Shown here one piece after another: positions 1 to 12,400 of a stretch of DNA of 64,000 nt (positions are counted from its first letter, which is position 1; every line of letters begins with the position of its first letter). The position numbers and the translations under genes are program-made. The DNA comes from Bugula neritina (lineage: Eukaryota > Animalia > Bryozoa): the NCBI GenBank assembly GCA_964035545.1, contig OZ037771.1, forward strand, positions 8,859,408 to 8,923,407. The letters are read 5' to 3'. Under the pieces are notes generated by a model, which was given only the letters and a program-made list of their open reading frames with translations, ran no database searches and was not told the DNA's origin.

Positions 1-1040
1 CTAGGGTCCCGGAGCATCTTGCTTACCATATTCCAACTCCCGAATTTCCCGTACACGAATATGTGAAGAAGCTGGTCGAGACCATGAGGAAAGCCCATGA
101 CGCATTGAGAGAGAAACAGTGGACAGTGCGGACAGAGGACTCTGAGGAGCCTCCCTTATACCGAGAAGGGGACTGGGTGTGGATGGTCAGCTACCGTAGG
201 CGGCGTGGACAATCGGCTAAATTACAGCCTATGTTCGTCGGCCCCTACTGCGTGGTAGAGGTTTTACCTAACCATACATATCGTGTGGAGCGCTCAGGAC
301 AAATATCCGTCCAGAACGAGCAACGGTTAAAACCCTACTACGGGAGCCCAGAGGCTGCAGGACAAGCACCGCCGTTGCTGGAGCCAGCACGTCAACCCAT
401 ATTCCGTGGGAGAAGAAATCGACCCAGGGACTGGGAAATATTCGTTCGGGATCCCGAAGAAGCCAGCAATGCCTTAGAGCCGCAGCCTCGGAATTCACCA
501 CCAAACGCTCCCCTTCCAGATCCACCCTCAACTCCTTTCATTCCGGATCCACCACCCCAACCACAGCTAGAGGATCGGCCAATCCTGAGCTTGACCCCGG
601 TGGCCCCTATGACAGAGGCACTCCCTCACCAGCAAGAAGTCAGAATGAAGCCCCTCCAAGTGACGAGCCCCACAGACAGTCCGATACATCAGTATCCGAC
701 ACCCTGGGAAGAAGTAAAAGAGATAGAAGAGCCCCAAAATATTTAGCAGATTACCACGTGGGATGCTTAACCGACTCTGGGCCATTGAGTTGTTCACCCA
801 GTACGGGTAAAGACTCCAAGCCTCGGATGCAGAGTAGCCCTGAAAGTGCAGGACAACTCCAGGTACAGCAACTCGCAAACCAGCCCAGACACGTAGTAAA
901 CGGCCACCTACCTAGTTTTGACCTAAGTGGGCAACGGTGCCCTAGACCTGCCGACGACCTTGACCTCATCCAGGGAAGTGACTTAGACGGAAGGATCCAG
1001 CCTTATCCTGCCACCTCGATCAATGCACAAGGGAGATAGA
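1..1040 (+). mobile_element. pol: 3' part of a Gypsy pol (integrase C-terminal GPY/F region and Pro-rich tail); element truncated
   Basis: ORF 63-746 has 'KLQPMFVGPYCVVEVLPNHTYRVERSGQ', homologous to the integrase C-terminus of element C (42797-43700). No 3' LTR is seen before unrelated sequence starts at about 1090. Confidence 0.85.
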
Positions 1041-1089
1041 GAGCCTGATATCATAAATCATAAAAACAAAACTAAGAACTAAAGAAAGG

Positions 1090-1960
1090 TAACTCTAGGG
1101 GGTGTCACTGATATTTTCGGTTTTTATCATATTTTATTATTATTGTAAATTATTATTTAATACTACTGTCATTTGGGGTGAAACAGTTATAATATATTTT
1201 GTGAACATTTTTTTGTTAGTATTGCTCTCAGTATTTTTACTAGTTTAAAGTATATGGTTCATTAATCAGTATGTCTAGAAACTGAAAAATAACCATGAAA
1301 TTAAATTAAAATATATGTATTGAACTTTTCGCGACACCCCCTAGTTTTTGACCCCAAGGGTTTTTACAATGACTTTAATCTTATTTATCTTATGAGGCAG
1401 TTTCGTAGCTTTTTAATTAGCTAAGTTAGTGTGAAAATGCGAAAGCAGTTTAATGATGTCAAGTGTAAAATTATATCTATCATCAATGCTAAATACAAAT
1501 AAAAAAATCTTGTGACACCCATTTTAGTCATTCTGGACTATAATGGGTGTCGCGAATATTTTTAGTTTTATTTTCACATTTTGTAGACATTTTTGTTTGG
1601 TAATATTGCTCAAAACGTTTTTAATAATTTAAAGTCTATGTTTCATAAGTTAGCATGTCTATGATCATAACGATAACAGTAAAATTAAGTGAAAATTGAG
1701 TTTTTGATGAGGAAAGATAACTCTCGATAAGTTTGTTTTTTGTTGAAATTAATTTAATTTAATCATTATTTATTCATGTTTTTGGTTTAAACGATTGTGA
1801 AATGTTCATTATTCGCTGAAGCTTTATTTAACAATAATCTTAACAGTCACAGCTGTCTAAAAATCTGAAAATAAAACGAAATGTGTTCGCGACACCCATT
1901 TTAGTCAAAACCTCCCCTTATGACTAAAATGGGTGGCCACCCATTTTAGGCAGACCCGTA
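1090..1960. mobile_element. Non-autonomous DNA transposon fragment with internal inverted/subterminal repeats
   Basis: Repeated motif (cgc)gacacccattttagtca and its reverse complement tgactaaaatgggtg at about 1513, 1536-1555, 1888-1950. ctagggggtgtc/gacaccccctag inverted pair at about 1096/1333. Ends in ...gacccgTA. The left terminus is not identified. Confidence 0.5.
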
Positions 1961-2725
1961 TTATAATAGATTCACATCTTTCTTGGCAACAACATTGCAG
2001 CAAACTTTGTCAAAACCTAAGGCCCTTAGTAGGCTTGATAAGTAAATGTTCCCATCACCTACCTAAAAAAATTCTAATACAAATATATAGCTCTTTTGTA
2101 AATTCTAAATTAACATATTGCCTAGAATCGTGGGGTAATGCAGCAAACATTTATCTTGAACCATTACATTTACTACAAAAGAAAATACTGAGAATTATAT
2201 ATAAAAAGCATTACCTTTCCCCATCTAAACCACTGTTTCTTAGTTCTTCAATCATGCCTATTCAAACTCTACACAAATTCAAACTAATACTGCTCTCACA
2301 TAAATTTTACTATTCTCAACTAACACGTCTCACACATAACTATCCCACAAGATTTTCAGAGTTCAGCCTACAAACTCCTCCATCATCAACTGCTGCAGGT
2401 CAACAAAGAGTGGAATTCCAATGTTCGTCGCTATGGAAGAAATTGCCTAGTTCTATTCGTGCTGTGGAGAGGGAGGCTGGTTTCAAACTTGCCCTGAGAG
2501 ACCACCTAATGGCATATTTTCAGATAAAAAAATAATACTTTTTGAGTTGCTAAAACTTTCCAAAAATTTAAACAAAAATCTTATATAACTGTCAACCATT
2601 CATGGCTCGGTGCCTCGACTAGCTACAGTGCTATTGCGCCATAGGCCCTGTCATTTTGTTTATTTTTTCTCAATTAATTTTTTTCCCGACTACGACAAAA
2701 TAAAAACAAACAAACAAACAAAAAC
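1961..2725 (+). mobile_element. 5'-truncated CR1/L2-like LINE (RT C-terminal fragment plus 3' UTR)
   Basis: ORF 'IIDSHLSWQQH...IYSSFVNSKLTYCLESWG...LHLLQKKILRII' is typical of the post-RT region of non-LTR elements. Ends in AATAAA followed by an (AAAC)n tail at about 2698-2725. Confidence 0.85.
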
Positions 2726-3212
2726 ATAGATTCAAGAAATAACATCATTTACATTGAAGCTACAGTGTAAATTGTATCAAAAGAAAAGAAATTGAATACA
2801 ATAAAATACAATATAAAAAAACTACCTTGTGAGTCTATGCCTTGCTGATTACTAATTGTAGGTATTCGCCATCTGCTTGTTATACGAGGAAGAACATTGC
2901 ATAGCTATATGTTTACATAAATAACTTAAAATAAATTAAAGAGTGTTCTTGTATGCAGCAGCTTAATATCTAACAATACACAATAAAATAGCCTGCTATA
3001 CAGCTAAGTTTAGGCCGAGGCATTTTAGTTTTACAATTGAACTAGCAATATGAACTAATAGTAGACCGACTACAAACCTTGACCAAAATAAAGTGTAGTG
3101 CAAACAACTGTATAGTTCTTATTTGTTGAAATGTACAATGTAAAATATCGCCGATGCTTTTTGTAGTATTATAGCCTTCATATAATAATTATATGTGCAA
3201 TATTTCTTTTAG

Positions 3213-3483
3213 GAGACTTGTATATTTACCATATCGACAGAAACAGTATTAGACAGTCTAAGAGAAATTTTTTTATATGCAATTGTGCTGTTGGACATCA
3301 GTCTACAGATTTGGACCAATATCATATTTCGGTTTCTACTTCAACAACGAATGAGCCAGACTTCTTCTCCCTTGTACCTCCTCCAGAAGACATAGTGACA
3401 CGCAATGGGAAGAAGATTGCAACAAAAGAGACGCACTGTATTGAAAGTCTACCTTGCAACATTGACTGTGTGTTTGGAGGAAG
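3213..3483 (+). CDS. IgSF receptor exon (phase 1 to 2)
   Basis: ttttag|GA...GGAAG|gtaagt; encodes GDLYIYHI...CVFGG. Confidence 0.8.
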
Positions 3484-6400
3484 GTAAGTCATTAACCGTG
3501 AACATGTTACGCAATATGCTCTATCAAGCAAATAGAAGAATATAATCAAAAAATGGTAATGGTTAAAATATTTATTATTAAGTTACAGATTAGTAATTTT
3601 GTTAGAAATAAAATATAATTGAAATTTTTTTTTTACTGTTGTATTTATATTTTACTTATTTATTAACAAAAAGCACATGCAAGTTTATAGTCGCTATTCC
3701 TGTGAAAAATCCACTGATGGGAGGGGTTTTTGTTAAATCGGGCTAAGGATTTATTCACATAGGGCACAGAAGAAATTATGACTGAATGTTTTTTCTAACA
3801 TCAGCAATGGCTATACTCAGGCCCAAACCCATGATTTCATACTTACTAGGCAAATGCTCTAACTCCTAGACCATGGCTGCACCCTATATATTGTAAGAAG
3901 TTCTGTAATAGCATATATTAAACAGGCAACTCCCTAGTATTCCACGTATACTAGAGGCAATGTATCTAGCCTAATACAGCGTCTACTAACCCTCGGGTCC
4001 CAGCTGGATAGTTCATGATACAACTAGGACTAATTATCTAGTTGATCGACAGCGCACTTGTATAACACGCAGTTGGATAGCAGCAGTGGATTAGTTAAGT
4101 TGTGTTTCTGCTATTGGATAATTATGTAACGTTTGTTTTTGTGTGTAGTAGTTAGAAACTTGTGTATTATTCGCATACACAGGATAGTTAAGGGCAACCT
4201 TTTAGCTGCAACTGCCTTGCTGAGGTTTGCATTGTAATCATATAAGAATTCAGTACCAGTAAAATAAAATCTCACCTAATTGTGCTAGAGTCAAAATTTA
4301 AAAACTATGTTGTAGATCTTTTTTTTCCCCAGTGCAACTTTTTGGAAATTTCAATTTTCATTTTTTTTGCAAAGTTATAGACAAAAAACTGCCCAATTTT
4401 GGCCAATTTTGCCTGAAAAGCTGACTTTTCAGTACCAGTGAAATATCTCAGCAGCAAAACATGATATCTGAATAAAAATTGCACTGCTGGAATCCTGAAA
4501 TATTTCTCCAGTGTAATTTTTTTCTTTTTCCAATAACTCTTCTAGATTGCCCATAAATTGGTGATTTATGCACTGAAAATGCCATATTTTTTCGTAGTAA
4601 ATTAGCAGCGCGCAGTGCTTCACGCTTCAATGAGCACGTAGGGGTGTGAAGATATTGGCGCGTACATGCTAATTACAGGCTTGCTAGCTGGCAGGCTATA
4701 ATGAATAGCTTGCTTTGTACTTTGTCTATGTAGCGCCTATAATGGAATGTTGATAGATAACGCAGCCCTAATGAAGGTTGCTGCTTATTGGTTGTAGTTT
4801 GATCTTAGGCTAAACAATTGCAAGTAGGCAACACGCATGCCACCCGCAGAGTAGTATTATTCAAGAACCTAAACTCCATTTTGAGAGAAATTTATGATAT
4901 TCTTAGTGAGAGTGCCCTTAACCTGTGTTTGTCGTGTCAACTTCGGCTACTAGCAAATGCCTTTTTAAGTCGATGTTGTTGACAGGTTGGAGAAAGGCTT
5001 CTAGTGCCAAACTCTGTTGTCCTTCTGCAGGCAAGTCGCCATAAGCAACTTGTGCCAGCCATTCCACCACAGTTGCTTGTTCTCGCAAGCAAGTCTTAGG
5101 AACTCTCCTAAGCCCTTGAAGTTGGACACGCGCATCTCCAGCGGTGAGCCCAAACCTGGCTCTCAACGCATCAAAGACGTCGCCGACATCCTGGCCAATA
5201 CCATAAGGTTCGGCCGCTCCCATCAGGCACAATCGCAGCTGGATTAGAGTGATTCATGCAGGTCATTCTCAAATAGCTGCCACGTCGCTGAATTCAGCGA
5301 TAAATTGTTCTACATCTGCTTCTCCTGAGAAGATAGGAGCCCGCAAATGGTACTTGTTCATAGGCAGCGCTGGGCTGCCTATGACATTCTTTACAGCTGC
5401 TGGTCCAATCTGCTCCAGACAGAGGATGTCTCCTTTGTCGTTGCTGGTTATACTCTTTATTGCCTGGCCAAGAGCATTAGCTTCAAACTATTTTTCCACT
5501 GCTGCAACTATTGTTGTGAATTTATGCTTTCACTTAATTGTGGATAATTGAAGCTGAATGAATGTTGGCAACCTGGAATAAAAATCTAATTTATTTGCAT
5601 GAAAGATATAAAAACTACAAACTAGTGAAAACACACAAGTATTACATAATTGGACAAGAGTATAACATGACTTGATTATCCTGCTACTACTAGCCAACTG
5701 CTGGGCTGATGTAATCCGCATATGATTGTATGATCATTAGCTCACTTCTAGTTCGTTGATCCCTTTTTTGTTCAGAGCGTTCATTGGTAGTGTAGTAATG
5801 CATACATTGTTAGGCCGAGTGTACTAAAGATGCTACACATTAGGGTAACAGAATGAGAGCGAGGGAGTTGCCTTTCGGATACATATATCTATTGAAATTC
5901 TCCACATTACTAGATTTCACTAAAGGCCGAAATAGCCTATTAAAAATTTTTTTCCTTACTGGGATTCGAATCCAAGACCTCCGGCTTGCAAGCAAGTGTG
6001 CAAACCATTACACTATTGGGACCAACTGAGTAATTGCAACACTACAAAAATGATAGTATGAGTACAAACAATGAACTTGTTGTGTCAGCAAAAACATCTC
6101 TAACAAATTACAACTTGAAAAAATGAGCAATTATAACCACTATAGTACTGCTAAAATATCTAAAATACTAAATCCAACAACATTAAACTTTTTTATTTTA
6201 CATTGTTGTTAGTTCTCCCATTGTTTTTAACGCTTTTAGATCTGGATATGAGGGAAGGATCCGCGGCCGAAAAGAAAACGACAGGACAAAAGTAATAGAC
6301 TCCAACTCATCAATTGGTTTTATCTACACTCCAGAGGAATCTCATGAGCTGGAAAAGTGGATATGTGAACTCTATGAGCCGGCGACTCACAAAACACTCA

Positions 6401-9400
6401 GCCAAGTTACACTAAAGGTAGCTTTACATGCTATACTTTTCCAGTTCGCTAATTTAGCTGTATAGTTGTGTCATGTGTATACAAGGCACAGAAAAATGAT
6501 GAAGCTTGATGTTTAGGCTATATTATTTTCAATAATTTTAATGTTAGTTCTTATTGTGGGGCATAAGTGCTGGCATGATATATTTGCACTGTAAAAGCTC
6601 ACTTATACTCTCTGTTTATGGACTGCAAGACTAATGTGGGAATACTAATTGTGTTGTACTGCTATTATATGGTAAATTGTTACATAATGTACTCACTACA
6701 ACATTACGCTTTTGTTAGGTCAAGGCCACCTTCAGTTTTACAAAGCTATCTCCATCTTAAAAATACTATACTTGCTTGTATTCATTTTCTAACAAAATAT
6801 AATCTACTGCATCCACAATCATAATATTACACGGTGTTAGTATGTCACATGTTAAAATTGCCTTTTTTAGCTATACCGCGCGGAATATTTTAAAGCATGT
6901 TTATTATCTTAATGCAATTGAGATGTTTAAAAATGTAACAGCAAAGTGAGAAAAAATAGATTGACTGGCAAAACCCTCTGCAAAAATATTTTCAATTAAA
7001 TAAAAGCATTTTTTGAGCAATTGGTGATTTATTAATTTATTTTATTGTCACAAATCTTAAAAACATATACTGTTGGTACAATATTTTTTGACTTCTTAAG
7101 ACATCTTTAACATTGTCAAGTAAGTTTTGAATTAAATTGTATGCAAGTAATTTTTTTCAATTCTGTTAATAATGTTGTGAAATTCTAGGTACACCAAGTG
7201 TGGGTGGTTGAGACTAGTGTGTGTACTTACAATGCGAGTGGTGGTGCTGATTATCCAGAGTTTAGCGGTTTGAGTGCAACGATTATATAATGTTTATTGC
7301 ACGCTGAATAATACAAGAGTAAGAAACGATACAAGATAAAGATGTTACACAATTACAATTATTTAATAAAACATAAGCTACTAAACTAAGCTGGCTTCAC
7401 TGCTAGACAACATGGGGCTGGCGCAAGGTAGTCTTTTTACATACGCGCAGCTGATGTAGTATAAAGCATGATCAAGTAATCATTTGCCAATCCAATGAAG
7501 GGTAGCGTGGCGCATCACTGTGAGTGTCAGTGTAGTTACGCTAATGTGGTGATGTATAGCCTTCGGGTAGTGTAGCATATGATTGCCCGACACATTATTA
7601 TACCCCCACCTATCGGTAGGGACAAACTTTACCTCTGGCTGCAACAACGTACACTTAGAGGATTTAGGCATTAATTAAACCGGCGACTCAAAGTCTATTG
7701 AACATCTCCCTGAGCCGACTGACATGACTGTTAAAGTCAGAGAGATGACAATGAAATCAAAGAAGTAGACGAGCAGAGTTTTCCAATGTAACCCACAAAA
7801 AAACTGCTTGATGAGTTGTTGAAAGGTGGCCAGAGCGGATGTAAGTCTAAACGGCAACACCTTCAATTCTCAGAGCCCATCTCGTGTTATAAACACAGCT
7901 TTGTACTGTGCATCAAAACATAGGGGCACTTGCCAGTACCCGCTCAGCAAACCTAACATACTGAAAAACTAGCTACTAGCTAAGGCAGCCAGCAACTCAT
8001 CAATTCACAGAAGAGGGTACACATTTTAGATGGTAACGCAGTTCAGCTTGGGATAATTCACACAAAACCTTCAGCTCCTATTTTTTTTCTGAATCAGGGC
8101 AACCGGAGAGCTCTTAGCACTATGGGCTGACTCAATCAGGTTTCGGCTCAAATAGTCTTGCATCTGATGGCTCACTTCTTTTTCCCTCTCAGGACCTGAC
8201 CGGCAGGTCGGCTGCTGAATCGACCCCCTCTCCGCAGCCAGAGGTATCTCATGACAGACAGACAGACTCATGTCATGGTCACTATGACGAACACATCCTT
8301 GAACTCAAAGAGTAATTGCGCAACCACCCAGCACCCCCTGTTACTCTCACAGCTATCACAGGCATTCTTGTACAAATTTACAATGTGTTTATGCACTGGT
8401 CCCTTGCCGTTCGTAGTGGGTACTTCTCAGTCAGGGCAGGCCTTGCATTTTTATTTTTACGTGTGGAATTTTTCTACCAACAAACTTACCGGCAACTCCA
8501 TCGACCCGGTAAAAGGGTTATTGCACTGTACCAGGAACTCGCCACGCTCATCCAGCTGTTTCAGACTGTTTGAGAGCTGGACACTCCCAAGTGCCTCTTC
8601 CACCACTCGTAACTCGGAGATTTTTCTACAATTCACTCTGCAGCAAACTGTGGTGCGGGAGCGCCTAGGAATGATACAACGCTGTACTACTTGCACTCCT
8701 CTCACCAAGGGCCTGCCAAACAAGTCAACACAAGCAAGCTTGCACTCTGCCATCATCACCACAGACTTGTTAAAGTCGATGTGGCACTTGCGAATTTTTT
8801 AGAAAGACATCCCTAGGATGGCATTCAACTTCAGCTGACTGACGATGAAAGTGCTGCTGATCATCTAATCACAGACTTGTCCTGTCAGCTCAACTATGCC
8901 ATAGAATGAAATTCCCCTTTGTATGGCTCCAGGTTAGCCCTGTGTCATGCACCTAGCGTGTCGAAGAGACACTGCTCAGAAGGTTGGTATATCACTCAGT
9001 GTCTAACAGTAATGCTACAGCTTTGCCGGCAAGCTTGCTTGACCGAAAATAACTGTTTTCATGTGGCTGGGTGCACCTAGAGCGGCTAGTCTCTAGAAGC
9101 AACACTTTGTGTGTATTGAGTTTGGGATGCACCTGGCTTTCTATTTGCAAGGGGGCCGCCGTGGGCAGCCAAGAGAAATCATGATCCTGCTCACACGCCC
9201 CATAAATACCTTCCTCTTGCAATCTGGCAGTTTTCTAAATTTTCTGTAAACTTGCCACTCTGACAATAGTGGCCTCCTTAACCTACTAAGCCTGGGCCTC
9301 TGCCTCGGTACCGGAAGTGTTAACCAAGGCCTACGGTTGGTGGACTCTACTATGAGCCCGGTCCTCCTTACATGAGGACATCTCCTGCAAAGATGTTTTT

Positions 9401-12400
9401 TACTTCCACATCCCCAACAGGTAGGAGAGCATCTGTTGGCAGTAGATGTCTGCAGCCATGCAGCCGTTCGGCTACTGGTTGCTGTTCCTGATACCTAATT
9501 TCAGCCACCAGCTGATAATGTCATGACCACATAAACGGCTGCAGCAGCCTTAGACAGTAGCGGCCCCTCTTTGGCCTCTACTTGCTGCACATTCACTCCA
9601 GGGGGACATGCGCTATTGGCGTAGAAATATGCTTTCTCAAGCCAAAGAGCCATTCATCTCTAGTCAACTTCGGCTGTCAGCAGGTGCCTTTTCAGGCCAA
9701 TGTTGTTGATGGATCGGAGAAACGCCTCTAGAGCAAGATTCCTCCGGTCTTTCACTGGCAACTCATTATAAGCAATTAGCGCTAGCCATTCAACTACAGT
9801 GGTACATTACTGCCTAAGCCCTTGCAGCTAAACATACGTATTTTGAGCGGTGAGCCTAAACCGGGCTCTCAGCGCTTCAAAGATACTGCTAACGTCTGAG
9901 CTAATACTATATATAATATTACTGTCCTTGTCAAGCATAACCGTAGCTGTATCAGAATTACTCTGGCAGGCCATCTGCAGATGGCTGCCTTATTGCTGAA
10001 CTCAGCGGTAATTTGCTCTACATCTTTTTCTCTGAAGAGAGTAAAAGCCTTCAAATTATACTTGTTCATAAGCAGTGATGACATCTTCTACAGCCATGGG
10101 TACATCCTCAATCCGATTTAGACAGGAGACCTCTCTCTCGTCGTCACTTGCCATACTTTTCTACTGCTTGGCCTGGAGCATTGCCATCAATTCTATTCCA
10201 CTGCTGCCACCACTCCTGTGAATCTATAGGGTTCACAATGTGTGGGTTATTGAGACTGGCGTGTGTATTTGCAGTGCGAGTGCTGGTGTTAACTATCCAG
10301 AGTAACAGTCGCAATGCAAAGATTGTATAATGTTTATTGGATGCCGAATAATACAAGAGTAAGAAATGATACAAGATAAAAGATGCTACATGATTAAACT
10401 AGACTAATAAAACATAAGCTACTAAACTAAGCCGGCTCCACTGCTAGACAACGTGGGTCTGGCGCAAGATTTTGTTTAAAATTGAATTTTTTTTATTTTT
10501 AATTAGTGTTGGTTCAAACCTCCTGAGAAGCGTTTATTGAATTTATTAATGCACATCTTCAGACAGGTTTCTTTGTTGAATTTAATAGGTGAGAGTGCTA
10601 AACTTGCCAAAATTTGTTGACGAGAGTTTCTTCCCCAGTGTGAAGTATGTTAGTGCAGGAAAGCCAGCTGTTTTCATTTGTAAAATTCAAAATGTTGACC
10701 TATCAAACATCACTTTGTATTACAATGGCAGAAAAGTTACCCGAGGTAAGCTCTAGTGTGCTATGTGATTAATAACTAGGGATATTCTAGTCTAGATGAA
10801 TTAGAGATAAATGTATGTCTTGTAAAGAAACTCATACAAGTTTATAGTTGCCTTCTCTGTGAGAAACCCCTGATGAAAAAGTTCTTTGTTAAATCGGCTA
10901 AGGACTTATTTATATGGGTGACTAGTCAATATTTCGAAGGCCCATTGCTCTGAAGATCCATTATTCCAAAGGTGCATTGGCCCCAAGGTGCATTATTCCA
11001 AAGGTGCATTAGTCCGAAGACTAGTAATATCACTGAGAATATCATAAATTTCACTCACAATCTTGCTATATTATTGCTAGCTGTGGGTGGCATGCGTGTG
11101 GCCTACTTGTAAATTTTTAGCCCAAGATTACGCGATGATGCTGCCTCAATTAAGGGCTGCATCATCTATCAACATTTCATTGTGCCTGCTCCATAAACTA
11201 AGTACACAGCAAGCTATTCACTAGCCTGTCACCTAGCAAGCCTGTAATTAGTAATCTATTCATAAGTATCTCCTCATCTCCAAGTGTTCACTGAAGTATG
11301 AAGTGTGGTGCTAGGGTGATACAATAAGTATTTTTATTTCACAGTTTATATAAAAATGACAGCTATAGGCAATAAACTCAAAATATCTAGTTCAGTGGCT
11401 ATAGTGACTAATATTATATTGTAGTGGAGCACACAATACGCGCGTCCACGTGCCCCCAGCCAATCAGAGATGCGTCAGGTGACAACCCCCAGCGATGCGT
11501 AACGAGAGAGTTGTAATAGAGAGAGCGTACTAGTAACTAGGAAGATGTAATATTTTTAATCTGTGTGCTTCTTGTATAATTTTATTAGTATGTAATTGTA
11601 AATAAATCTCTTTTAATCTTATCACAAGCCCTATATTGCTGTGGATAACCAAGTCATAATAACAAGCTAGGAACCACGCATTAACATTGTGTAAATTACA
11701 ACAGTGGTGGCAGCGGTGGGATCTTGCGTATAACAGTCATGACAGAAGACGGTACGGAGCTACCCATTCCACTGAATGAAGGTGAGGAAGATAATGTTGA
11801 TATACCTGTGAAACCAGTAGTGTTAGAAGAAGTGAAAATTTCTAGAGAGCCCTGTGAGGATAGATACCGGCTGAAGGCGCCCACCTTCACAGGCGAGGAA
11901 GCCGTAGAGCAATTTATCCAGGAATTCCAAGATGTGATGAAAGTTGCGCGGTGGCCACCAAGCTCAGGATGGCACTGACGGACAAGGCTAAGCCATACGA
12001 AGCGGGACCTGACATAGACGGGATCTTTGCTTCTCTGCGGGCCCGTTTTGGTATCCCCGCCATAGATGCGCGGGCCCGCCTACAAAGGCTGCGGAGTTAT
12101 CCTCACACGCCGCTGCAGAAGCACGCTACCACGGTGATGACGCTGGCGCAGATCGCGTTTCGCGATCTGCCTCAAGCGAACCGTGAGAGGTATACTTACG
12201 ATGCCTTCGTGCAGTCCATCAAAGACTTAGGGCTCCACCATCAGTTCCAAGCGAGGGGAGTCGCTACGGTCGAGGATGCACTCGCGGTGGGAGAAGCCTA
12301 CCTCTTAGCGACTCACATGCACCGCAACCGCGTGGCCTCCCGCCAGATGGCCACGGAACACACTACTGCTCATACTGAACCAAATGCAGAACCCTCCGCG